The translations under genes and the position numbers were made by a program. DNA of 64,000 bases from contig OX597814.1 of assembly GCA_951406725.2 (NCBI GenBank), forward strand, positions 22,320,001 through 22,384,000, given 5' to 3'. The stretch's first letter is position 1. Each line of letters starts with the position of its first letter. Under the pieces are notes generated by a model, which did not search any database, was not told the origin of the DNA, and saw only the letters and a program-made list of their open reading frames with translations. Shown piece after piece: positions 1 to 12,680 of the stretch. This stretch comes from Octopus vulgaris. Its lineage: Eukaryota.

Positions 1-535
1 GTCTTTTTTCTGAATAGCATTGTATATTGTTTTTGCGACAACGTCATGTCTCACAGAGAGGGAGTACCTTGATGACATTTTTGGGCAGCTACTAATCACC
101 CATGTGATGACTTCAACAGAAGTATGACATTATCTACATTGACGGTTGCATCTTGGAACTACGAAGGCTTCACTGTCTCTTTTGTTGATTAGGCATTTTG
201 TAGCAATCTCCTGTTTTTGGATTGCAAATGCATAACCTTCGAAGTGTGATGTAATACAGCGGTCATGAGTCCAAGAGAGGCTTCGCTTCATGTCAATGTT
301 ACTATCTTCTTCAAGTCTGCGAGAAACATACCCATGCATGATCTTTTGTTTTGGTATGCTGAGTGTTTCACTTTCAGATCTTCTTTGAGGTATGCATGTC
401 CGGCTGATTTGGGGTTGTATGGGAGGTCATCAGGAAGAGAGTACTTCCTGAGTGGCTCACTTCCAACACGTAGGATATTGTTTTCTTCACTTTTCAGCAT
501 TAAGTTAATGCATTTACGTTTGTTGCTGATGCTAG

Positions 536-566
<31 letters not shown>

Positions 567-1080
567 AAGAAACAAGACGGGTAATGGTGATTAGGTGATG
601 GTCTAGGGTTTTAGGGGCGGGTGACCCCAGACCTTGGAAAAAAAAAAAAACTTTGGTTGTCTTGTTGTAGTCGAGGGCTCTTCGTTGACGCCCGACACTG
701 CTGGGTGGTGGCCCTCGAAGTCGCTGGAAATGGAGATCTCCAGGCCCAAATTCCTGAACGGTTGCAGCTGCTGCTGTTTACAATTACTGCAGCTGTTATT
801 TACAAGTGTTGACTAAGACAGACTATGCAACATTAGAAGGCTGTCCACGCTGATCTCAAGCCTTTTCCTCCTTTATTACTTATTATGTAAAGCTGTTGAT
901 ATCACTATTTTTGTGGATATTTTCAGTTAATGTTAGAATCTTGCGGGTTTTAATATCTACGGAGTGGATTTCTTCAACAGACCAGTCAAGTATCCCAAAT
1001 TTTGGAATCAGAACTGTAAAGGCATTGCAGGGTATTGTCTTGTTGTAAGAGGAGAGTTCGGACTACCATATGTTTCTTAG
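1..1080 (-). mobile_element. Decayed non-LTR retrotransposon fragment, RLE type (R4/Dong-like): post-RT region and CCHC finger, interrupted at ~533-766
   Basis: Minus-strand translation gives ILDWSVEEIHSVDIKTRKILT (~920-1000), MHGYVS...SHFEGYAFAIQKQEIATKCL...CR (130-339), then a disrupted HxxxSCPKM..RHDV motif. Homologous to 54960-56260 and 56260-57450. Confidence 0.8.
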
Positions 1081-1211
1081 TCTGGTTTAATATTCATGGA
1101 ACACTGTATGTTTATTCAAAGTACCTTGGTATGATGTATTTCCATCAATACCAAAGTACTTTGCATTCTTTGCGTACGAACACACACATACACACACACG
1201 TACACACGCGT

Positions 1212-1281
<70 letters not shown>

Positions 1282-1652
1282 GCACACGCACAAATATCTG
1301 GGATGTTGCAGCCCTCCCTTTATCATTGAAATTATATATACTCTCAACCGTCATGCTACATACAAACCCAACGTGGAAAATATATGACGGCATCAACGAT
1401 AAAAGAGTCCCAATACATGCCATTCTAGAAACCATAGACTCCATTTTTCGCTGCATGCTTAAATAAAAAATACTCAGCATCTGTTGAAGGAACAACACTA
1501 AATGCTGGTCGCCAAATTTATGTTGTAGAAAAGAACAACACTTCCTGAATATGTATGACATACAAACGTTCTCTTACCCTTCTTTCAAGAAACCACTCCA
1601 TTCCTCTGTTTAACATAGACAGCCTTATTGGCAGATAACATTACGATCATAT

Positions 1653-1851
1653 TCTCTTTTACTCTTTTACTTGTTTCAGTCATTTGACAGTGGCCATGCC
1701 GGAGCACCGCTTTTAGTCGAGCAAGTCGACCCCAGGACTTATTCTTTGTAAGCCTAGTACTTATTCTATCGGTCTCTTTTTGCCGAACCGCTAAGTTACA
1801 GGGACGTATGCTGGGGGGAGGGGACAAACACAAATACACAAACATATACAC

Positions 1852-1895
<44 letters not shown>

Positions 1896-2060
1896 GACGG
1901 GCTTCTTTCACTTTCCGTCTACGAAATCTACTCACAAGGCTTTGGTCGGCCCGAGGCTATAGTAGAGAAGACACTTCCCCAAGGTGCCCCGCAGTGGGAC
2001 TGGACTTGGAACCATGTAGTTCGTAAGCAAGCTACTTACCACACAGCCATTCCTACGCCT
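1653..2060 (-). mobile_element. tRNA-derived SINE, family A (full length, internal (TA)n tract)
   Basis: Minus strand starts aggcgtaggaatggctgtgtggtaag (A-box-like), has a gttccaagtcc B-box-like motif and ends gactgaaacaagtaaaagag. Near-identical copies at 7356, 23996 and 62214. Confidence 0.9.
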
Positions 2061-2329
2061 ATATTGAACTATTATTAGAAACTGCAACGCGAGTACTCCA
2101 ACAATATTCGAATCATATAGAAATTTGGTTCCTCAAAACAGACTTAATGTAGTACCTATCAAATGTACTATTTTCTTTCTTACCAGCAACGCCAGTTTAC
2201 ATCGAATATAATACAACCATCCTGGTTCTCAAATATTACACTCACATTCACTCAGAAAACAAAACTGTTAAGAGTTACATAGAAGCCATCACGTCTTCAA
2301 CAACACTTATAGAAACCATAATTGCTTCA

Positions 2330-2540
2330 GGTTTTGATACAAGATACAATAATGTTTTAGGGGAAAGGGGTTAGTCAATTACATCGACTCCATATCCAAC
2401 TGGTATTTATTTTGTCGACCATGAAAGGATAAAAGGCAAAGTCGACCACAGCGAATTTTGAACTCGAACGTAAAGACGGATGGAATGTCGTTATGCATTT
2501 TGTCCGGCGAGCTAACGATTCTAGCAGCTCGCCGCCTTAT
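2330..2540 (-). mobile_element. SINE family B, diverged copy
   Basis: Head aaggcggcgagctgctagaatcgttag and core gtcgactttgccttt..tcctttc..ggtcgac, shared with the other family-B copies. Confidence 0.8.
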
Positions 2541-3565
2541 ATAGAAAACGTAATAATGAAAGCAAAACGACTCATAAATTCACATAACATAATCGACAAT
2601 GAGGGACAAGCAATATTGTATCTTCACAATAATCCACAGTAAATATAAAGAACACAAAATTGTGCGCTACGCATCGTTAGCTGTACACTGACAGCATCTA
2701 CAAACAAATTACAAAACGAAAAGTACAAAAAACGAAGAACCACCTGGACCACAAAAGGAACAATGTAGCACACTTCAAGCTCCATTTTATTCCCCATTAC
2801 ATGAATAACTAGCTTCGAAAATCCAGGTCGTACATAATGTTTGGAAAATTAGAACAACTATATGTCAAAACACCATCTCTTCCACTTAGAAAAACATTAG
2901 ACCACATATACACAGGAATAACTACAATGTCAATTGCATCACTGGCTGCTCATGCAATCCTGAGATACACCTCATCAACAATAGCTGAATAAGAATATTC
3001 TGACCAGGTTTACATGGCCCGCTCTCCTTCGTTGTTGCTGTCATCAAAATCTGAGTATACAAATATTGGCTTGTCAGCAGAGAGAGTGCAATATAGGAAG
3101 ATGGTCAGATCGCACTCTCTATATAATTATTATTACATATCGAAATATAGATGGAAACAAGACATAACTGGGAACAGGGATCTGTGAGACGCGACTTGTC
3201 CTTCGGTTGACTATCTGCGTAGAGCTCGATCAGGGCTGATCTCATATTACACAAATTCACTACCACCGCAACCAACAAATATTTCGAGATAATGACGGGA
3301 CCTCAGTGTAGTTGCACGATTTTATTAGAAATTCTTGCCAAATATCCCTTAAACTACACTCTTCCGTCTTAAAATGTATGGTTTGGTCTTCGGTCGTAGA
3401 TATGCACTCTCAAAACAAATCTGGGATTTAAAAAAACACTACAATATTATTATTGTTGAATATTTTAAAGCTTCATGGCCATTGTAGTTTCTGAAACACA
3501 AGAGTAAAGAAATATGTAAATGGATTAGAAATGCAGTTAAAGCTGAAAAAAAAAAAAAAAATTAC

Positions 3566-3621
3566 CTTCGGTAACCATCTGCTGGGCAATTGTAAAACTG
3601 TGAGCGGGTAGCCTAAAAACC
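3566..3621 (-). CDS. Putative internal coding exon of an unidentified host gene, (G)FLGYPLTVLQLPSRWLPK
   Basis: Minus strand reads ctttatttattttcag|GGTTTTTAGG...TTACCGAAG|gtaatttttt. 56 nt, open with phase-1 entry, which matches the phase-1 exit of exon 22147-22284. Lies in non-repetitive sequence. Confidence 0.6.
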
Positions 3622-4609
3622 CTGAAAATAAATAAAGAATTGTTGGAATTTAGATCGATTGTTCAAATTTGCTGAACACAATAGAATAATCAAGAAAGTG
3701 GATATTACATCAGACGAGATGCTATTTAATATTGTTAGGTAAGGATTTTACTTCAAATTAATCCAGTCTCGCTAAACTAAAATTTAGATAACATTGCAAT
3801 CTTATAGCTTTTGTATGTAAAAAGATACTGAGGGAAATATTCTATGTCAGTAATATATAAAATATATGAATATATATTGTATAAAACGAAAGGTTACACA
3901 AAAGTAGAATTACATATATTATTTTACTCTCACTCTCTTTCTACCTTTTCTACATTTCTGCCTTTTTACTGAATTTCTTCGCGTATCATCATTCAACACC
4001 TTCGATGTATTACAGAAATATTTGGAAGCCTGCGCTTTCATATATAAGAAGTATTCTAAAAGTATTTAAAGCCTTAATTAGAATTAAACTAGCTGAATAC
4101 TCTATGAATTAGTTGAACATTCAATTTAAACATGCAGAGATGGGAACATCCCTTACAGGGACTATATCTGTGATATCCCAGACAAATACTTAGGGCTGTA
4201 CTGATGAGGATATCAGGCTCTCATTTCCTTATCCCTTATCCTCAGTGGCTGCATTCGATATCTAAGAGCGTCTTTCTCGGCAATGTACAATTACCTCTTC
4301 AAAACTGGCGATGCTTTCTTTTCACGTATGTATCAATGCATTTAAGATGTATGTTTGATCTTAATACATACCTAATCAATTGCACATGTACTAACATCGT
4401 CACGTTTTACATTTGTGTGACAGGATAATTAATGTACAGGATTTTGCTCTCACAGTTACAAATTACAGCTAAACGAACAATCATCCCTATCATAATTGCC
4501 TTGGCGCAATATCTTGCTATCATTTAATGTACTATATGATATGATTGTGTCTTTATATGATTTTCGTTATGATTGGCTCATAACAGAATAGACCTAGATG
4601 AGATGCAGC

Positions 4610-5010
4610 TTTGTTTCGTGTCCGGAAAAATATCACGGATGCAATCTTCATTGTGAAACAGTTGCAAGAGATATACTTGGCTAAGGTTAAACCGCTGTTG
4701 CTGGCATTCGTTGATTTGGGAAACACATTTGACAAGGTACCACGTTTAGGTATTTGGTGATCTCTAAGGAAACTAGGTGTAGACAAATGAATTGTAAGAG
4801 CTATATAAACTAAGTAGAAATACACGGTAAGTAATGTGAGAGTCAACAACGATTGCAGAGAATTTGACGTGAGGGAAGGAGTCCATCATATTTCAGTCCT
4901 CAGTCCTCTCACCTTCACCACAGCCCTACAAGCCATCAAAGAAGAGTTCAAGACTGGAAGTTCATGGTAACTCCTATATGCTGATGATCTAGTTTTCATG
5001 GATGAATCTA
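4610..5010 (+). mobile_element. RTE-clade LINE reverse transcriptase fragment (pseudogenised)
   Basis: TDAIFIVKQLQE..LAFVDLGNTFDKVPR..SLRKLGV..GVHHISVLSPLTF..LLYADDLV (YADD at 4977-4988), with in-frame stops. Confidence 0.85.
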
Positions 5011-5299
5011 TATAGGAATATCTAAAGTGGTTGCTAAGCTAATGTGTACATTTTAAGATCTTTCTGTATTCCTTATTGTTACAAGAAATAATTTCTTTAT
5101 ATTGGTAACTATAAACAAGAGCATACATCTAAAGCACACTCACTATTCCCAGAGCCACATCGTAGCCATTTGATTTACAGCCATATATTTGCTTTGAAAA
5201 AGTAGAAAAACCTCTCAACACGCACATGGGAATGTGGTGTGACATACACCAACCCAAAAAACAGACCGCACAAAATTTCCAGGCATTCAATAACGACGC

Positions 5300-6245
5300 T
5301 CCTATGCTGTACAGGGTTATGGAAGGACCATAAACCTTATGTAGACCTTGTTATGGGGCCCCCTACCAGACCAGTTTGAGGGTGAATATCTCCAGCAACT
5401 ATAATCTATCATGCTTCCTCTCGCAGGATTTACGACCGCTCAATGAAACGTCCCTAAATGTTTGTGTGAGCAAGGAGGACTACCTCAGTAGAATCAATAG
5501 TGCAACCCCTCTAACGACCTTGCAGGTTGTGTAGTTGGTCGCATGGATATGGTTTCACACTGCCCATCTATAGACACAGATTTTACTGTGTAGAAATCTA
5601 TTGAGATTATCTGTGAGAGCGAAGTAGATTTCTGCGAAGTCAACACAAAGGAACTGGGCCTCCTCCTAAAAACTAACCTATGACCGTAACTACCTAGACA
5701 ACCATGACCGAAGTAGATTCTACCTTACCAGATCAGAAAAGGGGAAGACTACCTGCCATCACCTCGGCAGTGGAGAAAAGCACTACAGTGCACTGAAGTG
5801 GCTGGGTCATGCCCACCCAAGACCCTGAGAACGACAATCAGGTGAAAAGAATTATTGCGCACGCTATAGGAGCCAGCGTGAAAAATCACCTTAAAGAACC
5901 ACATAGTGAAGTTTAACAAGAAACTATATAAGCAGGTTCAAGATGCAGCCATTTGATGTTGGAATGGCTGGGGATGTGGCCGGCCTCTTCATGATCAGGT
6001 GGGACAAAAAGCTTCAACAATCTCTAACAATATTGCTTTACTGAAGGTATGTAGACGACATTAATACTCTAGTTAGGACAACGCCATGTGACTGTACCGA
6101 AGAAATCGAGAGGGGTACAATGGAGAGCATCTAAAATGTAGCTAACTCCATCCACCAAAGCATCAAGGTAACTATAGATTAGCCCATTAAGTATCTTAGC
6201 AATAGATTCCCTGTCTTTGATGCTGAACTTTGGTTAGAGACTTAA
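5300..6245 (+). mobile_element. Penelope-like element RT fragment (decayed)
   Basis: LKNHIVKFNKKLYKQ..AAI..GMAGDVAGLFMIRWD..RYVDDI (YVDD at 6048-6059)..SIHQSIKVTID..RFPVFD, which is PLE-type RT motif spacing. 5' boundary is approximate. Confidence 0.75.
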
Positions 6246-6249
6246 CAAC

Positions 6250-7828
6250 AGAGTGCAGCTCCTCCACTAGTTAATTTTAGTTAATTTTTGTTTATTTTCA
6301 GATCATTAAAATTGAATGTCAAGTTAAGAAAAACGAGCATTTTCGACACTTTCTTTTTGCTTTTAGTCAAGGTTCGAAGGGTATAAAAGCTGCTCGCGAC
6401 ATTTGTGCTGTGTATGGATAGGGTGCCATAGCTGAAAGAACCGCTCGTGATTGGTATGCCAAGTTCAAAATTGGAAATTTTGACCTCAAAGACTCTTTCT
6501 GGCCGTCTAGTTGAGATCGATGAAGAGCGATTAAACCAAATTTTGCACGAAAATTCTCGTCAAACGACAATGGAACTGGCAGAGAAAATGGAATGCTCCT
6601 ACACTGCTATAGAGAAGCATCTTCACTCGATGAGAAACGTTCAGAAGTATGGAGCATGTGTTCCGCATGCTTTAAGTGACAACAACAAAAATGAACGAGC
6701 CACAATCTCCTCTGGCTTGCTTGCTCGTCACCGCTCAACTCATGGACACTAGCAACGATTCCTTTACCGAATCGTTACTGGCGACGAAAGATAGTGCCTG
6801 TACATCAATATGAAGCAGCGCTAGGAATGGCTTAGCCTCGGTAAACAAGCGACACCGCGCGTGTAACAAGATCTTCATCCGTGTAAAACGATGTTGTGCG
6901 TATGGTGGGACTGGGGAGGGATTATCCATTACGAATTGCTTGAACGGAACCAAACGGTCAACGCGGAACTCTATGTTCAACAGATGGAACGACTTAACAC
7001 GGCTATTCAAGGGAAAAGACCTAATCGGCAGCACGGAGTTCTTCTGGTGCATGACAACGCCCGCCCTCATATCGCCAATATGAGCAAGGAAGCCATTCAA
7101 ACGCATGGCTGGGAAGTGCTGCCACACCCGCCGTACTCTCCTGGTTTGGCACCAACGGATTTCCACCTCTTTCGGTCTGTTTCAAATGCTATGCGCGGAC
7201 TTTCGTTCAATACTGATGCAGAATTGAGAGCTTGGTAGGATTAATTTATCAAGTCGAAATCGGGTGATTTCTACCAACGAGGCATTGAAAATCTTATTGA
7301 ACGTTGGGAAGAAGTTGTAAACAACAAGGGTGAATACATTATTGATTAATTAGTTACTCTTACTCTTTTACTCGTTTCAGTCATTTGACTGCGGCCATGC
7401 TGGAGCACCGCCTTTAGTCGAGCAAAGCGACCCCGGGACTTATTCTTTGTAAGCCCAGTACTTATTCTATCGGTCTCTTTTGCCGAACCGCTAAGTGACG
7501 GCAACGTAAACACACCAGCATCGGTTGTCAAGCAATGCTAGGGGGACAAACACAGACACACAAACATACACACATATACATATATATATATATATACGAC
7601 AGGCTTCTTTCAGTTTCCGTCCGCCAAATCTACTCACAAGGCATTGGTCGGCCCGGAGCTATAGCAGAGACACTTGCCCAAGATGCCACGCAGTGGGACT
7701 GAACCCGGAACCATGTGGTTGGTTAGCAAGCTACTTACCACACAGCCACTCCTCCGTTACTTTTTATTAAACCTTTTAAAAATTAAAAATTAAAAAAAAC
7801 AGTTGGAACTTAGTTGCCAATCTTAATA
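6250..7828 (+). mobile_element. Mariner (DD34D) DNA transposon, pseudogenised; 5' TIR missing; SINE inserted after the stop codon
   Basis: Transposase ~6311-7349: EHFRHF..AARDICAVYG..WYAKFK..VPHAL..TGDE..MLCVWWDWGG..HDNARPH-(34 aa)-YSPGLAPTD..RWEEVVNNKGEYIID*. 3' TIR-like ggaacttagttgccaatcttaa-TA at ~7805-7828. Confidence 0.92.
7356..7753 (-). mobile_element. SINE family A nested in the mariner 3' UTR
   Basis: Full-length match to the other family-A copies. gttact on both sides may be a TSD. Confidence 0.9.
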
Positions 7829-7848
7829 TATATATATATATATATATA

Positions 7849-9431
7849 TATGACACGTCGTTGCCGGGTCATAGTGCTAGTGTATGTATATATGTGTATA
7901 TATGTGTGTACATATTACATGTACATCTATATATATATACATCTACACATAAAATGCAAAATACAAAGTTATATCTTGATATCGCTAGTGATAACAATGC
8001 TCAAAATATATAACGACTGGAATTGTAGGCCCGTCTCTTGCAATTTCGATCAATTGTATCTTGTCCTCCCTCTTGTATAGAAGTGTGGCTACAATCCAGC
8101 CTACCTCTACTTCTGGGGGGACATTTTAAATTTTTATCCGGAACGTCCTACGTCCCAGATATAAAGGTAAAAATAAAATATTTCCACTTTGCAAGTTCGA
8201 ATCAAATACTCCCTTGCACGCTCCGTTGACTCGAACCTTGCTTCTATTGTGGCGAATTTACCGCCTCTGGTTAGATATCTTTCATAGTCGCACCAAGACA
8301 CTTTTCGACGGTGCTTTCCTCCAGGTGTTCAAATCTTTTTTTTTCTCTACATTGTATACTTAATAGACAATAGTCTTTTCTTTAATTTAATTTTCTATTT
8401 CATTTGGTGGTGTTATCCTAGATTCACCGTCTTTGTCGGTGATCAATCCGAAATAGGTTTGTATATCTTCCATTTTAATTTCAATGAGTTCGCGCCCGCC
8501 GACGGCTGCAGCGAAATTCATTTTTGGGCTTTCTTCTATCGAAGGCATTCTAACAAAAATGTTTCCGTATAAACAGTGAAAATATTGTCAATTTCCCCAA
8601 ACAGGGACACAATTCAATTTTTAAACAATAACCAAAGCTCCTTCTCCCAAAGGGGGAGCGTTACAGTTTACAATTATTTAACAAATGCAACACAACAACT
8701 TTTCCCTTACGAGGAACCAACAAACGTGATAACAATAGTTAAACAGTAATAATAATAACAACAAACCTTACGGTGAATCAAAAAGCAGCACGCAGTTGAA
8801 GCTATAGTCCTTTATGTACAAGAAATAAACCAGCAGCAGAACTCAGTAGAAGCGGCTGTTCGAGAAAACAGACATTACATACAGCCAAACTTCATATAGA
8901 TACTTAATGCTAGCTAATTAGCAGATAATCTAATGTAAAAGCCGTGGTAAAGGGTATGTGCACGGCTCCATCTGGACTATTCCATTTCTGCACTCTAATT
9001 TTATTTTAAATTTATTCCCATTCATGTGAAACCACTTATTCAAGTTCAAGTCATTGATGCAATTTTATACCAATTGCTATTTTTACTTTTGTTATGTTAC
9101 GATTATATTATACTTTAGTTTGATTTTAATTATTACTTACTACATATAATTCAATTGTTATTATTATTCTTATTGTTAAAGTGAAAGTATCTGACATAAA
9201 ATAGAGAAATGTTTTTGTTTCAGTTTTAACACGTAATACTGAAATAGTGGAGAAGATATGATATTGCTATGGGCTCGCTCTAGGCAAGAAGTTGAACAAT
9301 TTTTTGCCCATGAAACTACATGGACCCTAAGTAAGGCATGTGTAAAATTTGAATGAAATTGGTTGCGTAGTTCTCAAGTTTTAGGGAAACACACAGACAG
9401 ACAGACAGACAGACACACATTCCCAGTTTTA

Positions 9432-9440
<9 letters not shown>
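7849..9440 (-). mobile_element. Non-autonomous Helitron-like element, copy 1, containing a LINE-ORF1-like fragment (~8010-8548)
   Basis: Minus-strand 5' end tatatataaaactgggaatgtgtgtctgtctgtc..aaccaatttcattcaaattttacaca. Terminal hairpin tatgacacg..cgggtcata next to CTAG. Repeated in tandem at 9567-10550. Confidence 0.65.
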
Positions 9441-9467
<27 letters not shown>

Positions 9468-9566
9468 TGTATGTATGTATGTATGTATGTATATATATAT
9501 ATATGTACGTATGTATGTATTATATATATATATATATATATATATTTTTTTTACTAGCATTATTTT

Positions 9567-10550
9567 ACTAGCAATATAGTGCTAGTGCATTTATATATGT
9601 GTATATCTATGTGTACATCTATATATATACATCTACACATAAAATACAAAATACAAAGTTACATCTTGATATCGCTAGTAATAACAATACTCAAAATATA
9701 TAACAGACTGGAATTGTAGGCCCGTCTCTTGCAATTTCGATCAATTGTATCTTGTCCTCCTTCTTTTATAGAAGTGTGGCTACAATCCAGCCTACCTCTA
9801 CTTCTGGGGGTGCATTTTAAATTTTTATCCGAGACGTCCTACGTCACAGATATAAAGGTAAAAATAAAATATTTCCACTTTGTAAGGTTCGAGTCGAGTA
9901 CTCCCTTGCACACTCCGTTGACTCGAATCTTGCTTCTATTGTGGCGAATTTACCGCCTCTGGTTAGATACTTGATATCTTTCATAGTCGCACCAAGACAC
10001 TTTTCGATGGTGCTTTCGTTCAGGTGTTCAAATCTTTTTTTCCCTACATTGTATACTTTATAGACAATTGTCTTTTCTTTAATTTAATGGACTATTCCAT
10101 TTCTGTGCATTAATTTCATTTTTAATTTATTCCCATTCATGTGAAACCACTTATTCAAGTTCAAGTCATTGATGCAATTTTATACCAATTGCTACTTTTA
10201 CTTTTGTTATTTTACGATTATATTATACTTTAGTTTGATTTTAATTATTATTTACTACATATAATTCAATTATTATTATTATTTTTATTGTTTAAGTGAA
10301 AGTATCTGACATAAAATAGAGAAATGTTTTTGTTTCAGTTTTAACACGTAATACTGAAATAGTGGAGAAGATATGATATTGCTATGGGCTCGCCCTAGGC
10401 AAAAAGTTGAACTTTTCGCCGATGACACCCCCCGGACCCTAAGTAAGGCATGTGTAAAATTTGAATGAAATTGGTTGTGTAGTTCTCAAGTTTTAGGGAA
10501 ACACACAGACAGACAGACAGACAGACACACATTCTCAGTTATATATATAT
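9567..10550 (-). mobile_element. Non-autonomous Helitron-like element, copy 2 (head-to-tail tandem, ~580 bp internal deletion)
   Basis: High identity to copy 1 but lacks the segment equivalent to 8391-8972. Terminus actagcaata|tagtgctagt is the hairpin with its tip deleted. Confidence 0.65.
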
Positions 10551-10655
10551 ATATATATAATAATAAATATTAGGGAATGAATCCAAAATTACAGGGAAAA
10601 AATCAGATTTAGGGTTAAATCCAATTTTATAGTAAAATATTATATAATATAATTC

Positions 10656-10826
10656 GAGACAAAACCACTATTTTAAAACCAAACAAGGAAAGACTTAATC
10701 AATACATAAAATTTTAATATAAATAAAATAAAATAAATAAAATAAATAAAATAAATAAATAAAATAAATAATTTTATGTATTGATTAAGTCTTTCCTTGT
10801 TTGGTTTTAAAATAGTGGTTTTGTCT

Positions 10827-10827
<1 letters not shown>
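10656..10827. repeat. Perfect 58-bp inverted repeat (fold-back) with an (AAAT/AAAAT)n spacer
   Basis: 10656-10713 gagacaaaaccac...cataaaatt is the reverse complement of 10770-10827. Flanked by (TA)n. Confidence 0.95.
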
Positions 10828-10878
<51 letters not shown>

Positions 10879-10916
10879 TTATGCTTTATTAAAAAGCAGC
10901 AGAATTATCACACAAA

Positions 10917-10954
10917 CTGTTACTCAGAGTTTCACGTTCCCGTTCGTCCGACAA
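10917..10954 (-). ncRNA. Minimal hammerhead-like motif (U4G variant) in a probable PLE terminus
   Basis: Minus strand: ttgt-CGGACGA-acg(ggaa)cgt-GAAAC-tctga-GTA-acag. Same family as 60121-60155. Confidence 0.55.
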
Positions 10955-11142
10955 TAAAACTCATGGATAGAGGCGGGAGGATAAGGAGAAAAAAAAGAAA
11001 GAAAGCTGACCAACCGTTACTAATTACCATAATATTAATAGAGGAAGACTTTGAAGGATAACGGTATAAGGGTTAATGGGGCAGGGCTCTAAACTGTGAC
11101 TAGAAATCATTGTATGGGAATAGAACGAACATAATACACAGA

Positions 11143-11210
<68 letters not shown>

Positions 11211-11666
11211 ACAATTTAAAGGAAAAATTCAGGGGAATAATTAATTACAAGGTAGCTAAATGTTGCTTAAGTGTCGCATGATGTAAGTCCAGGATATTCG
11301 TAATACCCTCATTTCTACGCGTAGACAAATTATTGTTGCTAAATTTACAATTTACAAGCAAATCCTTATTTAAAGGGTTCCAAGGATCTTTGATATTTAC
11401 ATCATTAAGATTATTAAAGTTGTTATTAAGGGATAAATTAATATTACTACTATTATTATTATTGATCTCAGCTGGGTCTAATTGTCTACATGCACTGCGG
11501 TAATATTATCTGGCTGGTCTTTATGTTCCAAGTTTGATATTTACATAATATTGTTGTTGTGTATGTATATTATCCCGAGGTGTATAATATGCCTCAATTT
11601 AAGTACCTAATTCAACTGAATCTTACTTATACATACACACTCCCACACACACACGCGCACACAAAC

Positions 11667-11740
<74 letters not shown>

Positions 11741-11880
11741 CAAAATAAGCAACAGGATATCCAGACGTGATTCAGTACCATTTAATTGAACAATGCAATC
11801 ATTACATCAATTTAAATGCAGGGCTATCCTCAGCTGGATAAATAAATAAATAGAATTTTAATCAGTCGGACACATTAATA
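11741..11880 (-). mobile_element. Probable PLE terminal-repeat fragment with a decayed hammerhead; same family as 49984-50168
   Basis: Shares ~130 bp with 50010-50168 in the opposite orientation. CTGAGGA core at 11827-11833; the GAAAC arm is deleted. Confidence 0.55.
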
Positions 11881-12623
11881 TAATTTGAAATGCTCTAATA
11901 GAATAAGAAGACAGACAAAGACCATGCTGCTACCACTCCAGCTTAGAATTTAACAGACATTGGGAAAAAATTGGTTGGGGTCATAGCTTTTAACGGATTT
12001 TGGTTCAGTTTTAACTTATTAGTCTTGTTTATCAATTACTAAATCTAAGATTAAAGGATTGTGTTTGTTAGGAAAGGGTAGGACAGAGTTGACAGAACAT
12101 AGTGGGTATGGTCGTAAAACTTGTCAAGATTATTTTGAAGTAGAATAAAGTAGCTGACTATAAGGATGTTGGGTAGTGGAAGACCTCAAATCAAGATGTT
12201 TATTACCAGTTAAATGGGCAAGACGCTAATAAAACCAATGATAATAATACAGAGGAAATTTTATCACGGGGTACTATAGGTGATCGATTTTCAACAATAT
12301 TGTTATGTTGTGTAAAGATAAAATTTAGGATTATCAAGAAAGATATTATAACCAAAAAGATAAATTTTGTTTATATACCAACATTTTCAACAATAGAGAG
12401 AGAAAATTACATAGAATTTGTTTATGTTTGAGTCTAAAAGAGGAAAAATGGCTATAAATACGTTTTTTCCCATATAAACAGAACATCCTATATATAAAGT
12501 TACCAGTTATAGTTAAGATTGTACATTTATAAATTACGTTTTGGGTTAGATACCGGCCTAATAACGGACAGTGGGACATAACTCTACAATTGCAACTAGG
12601 AGAATTACTGCTATAAATATTAT

Positions 12624-12680
<57 letters not shown>

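Noticed and set aside
1035-1561. ORFs with HTHT, CVCV or YIYI runs (also at 13.4, 14.0, 29.8, 41.0, 50.1, 51.4, 52.6, 57.3 and 59.6 kb)
   Set aside because: Translations of (CA)n, (TA)n and (CATA)n microsatellites.
1990-2060. tRNA-like A/B boxes
   Set aside because: They are SINE heads, not tRNA genes: no complete cloverleaf, and they continue into SINE body.
4195-4250. CTGATGA followed by an inverted repeat (ctgatgaggata / tatcctcag)
   Set aside because: No GAAA strand or NUH site at the required position; only a hairpin.
11880-12620. Possible PLE N-terminal coding region on the minus strand (also 10960-11590)
   Set aside because: Adjacent to hammerhead-bearing termini, but no recognisable protein motif, so left uncalled.
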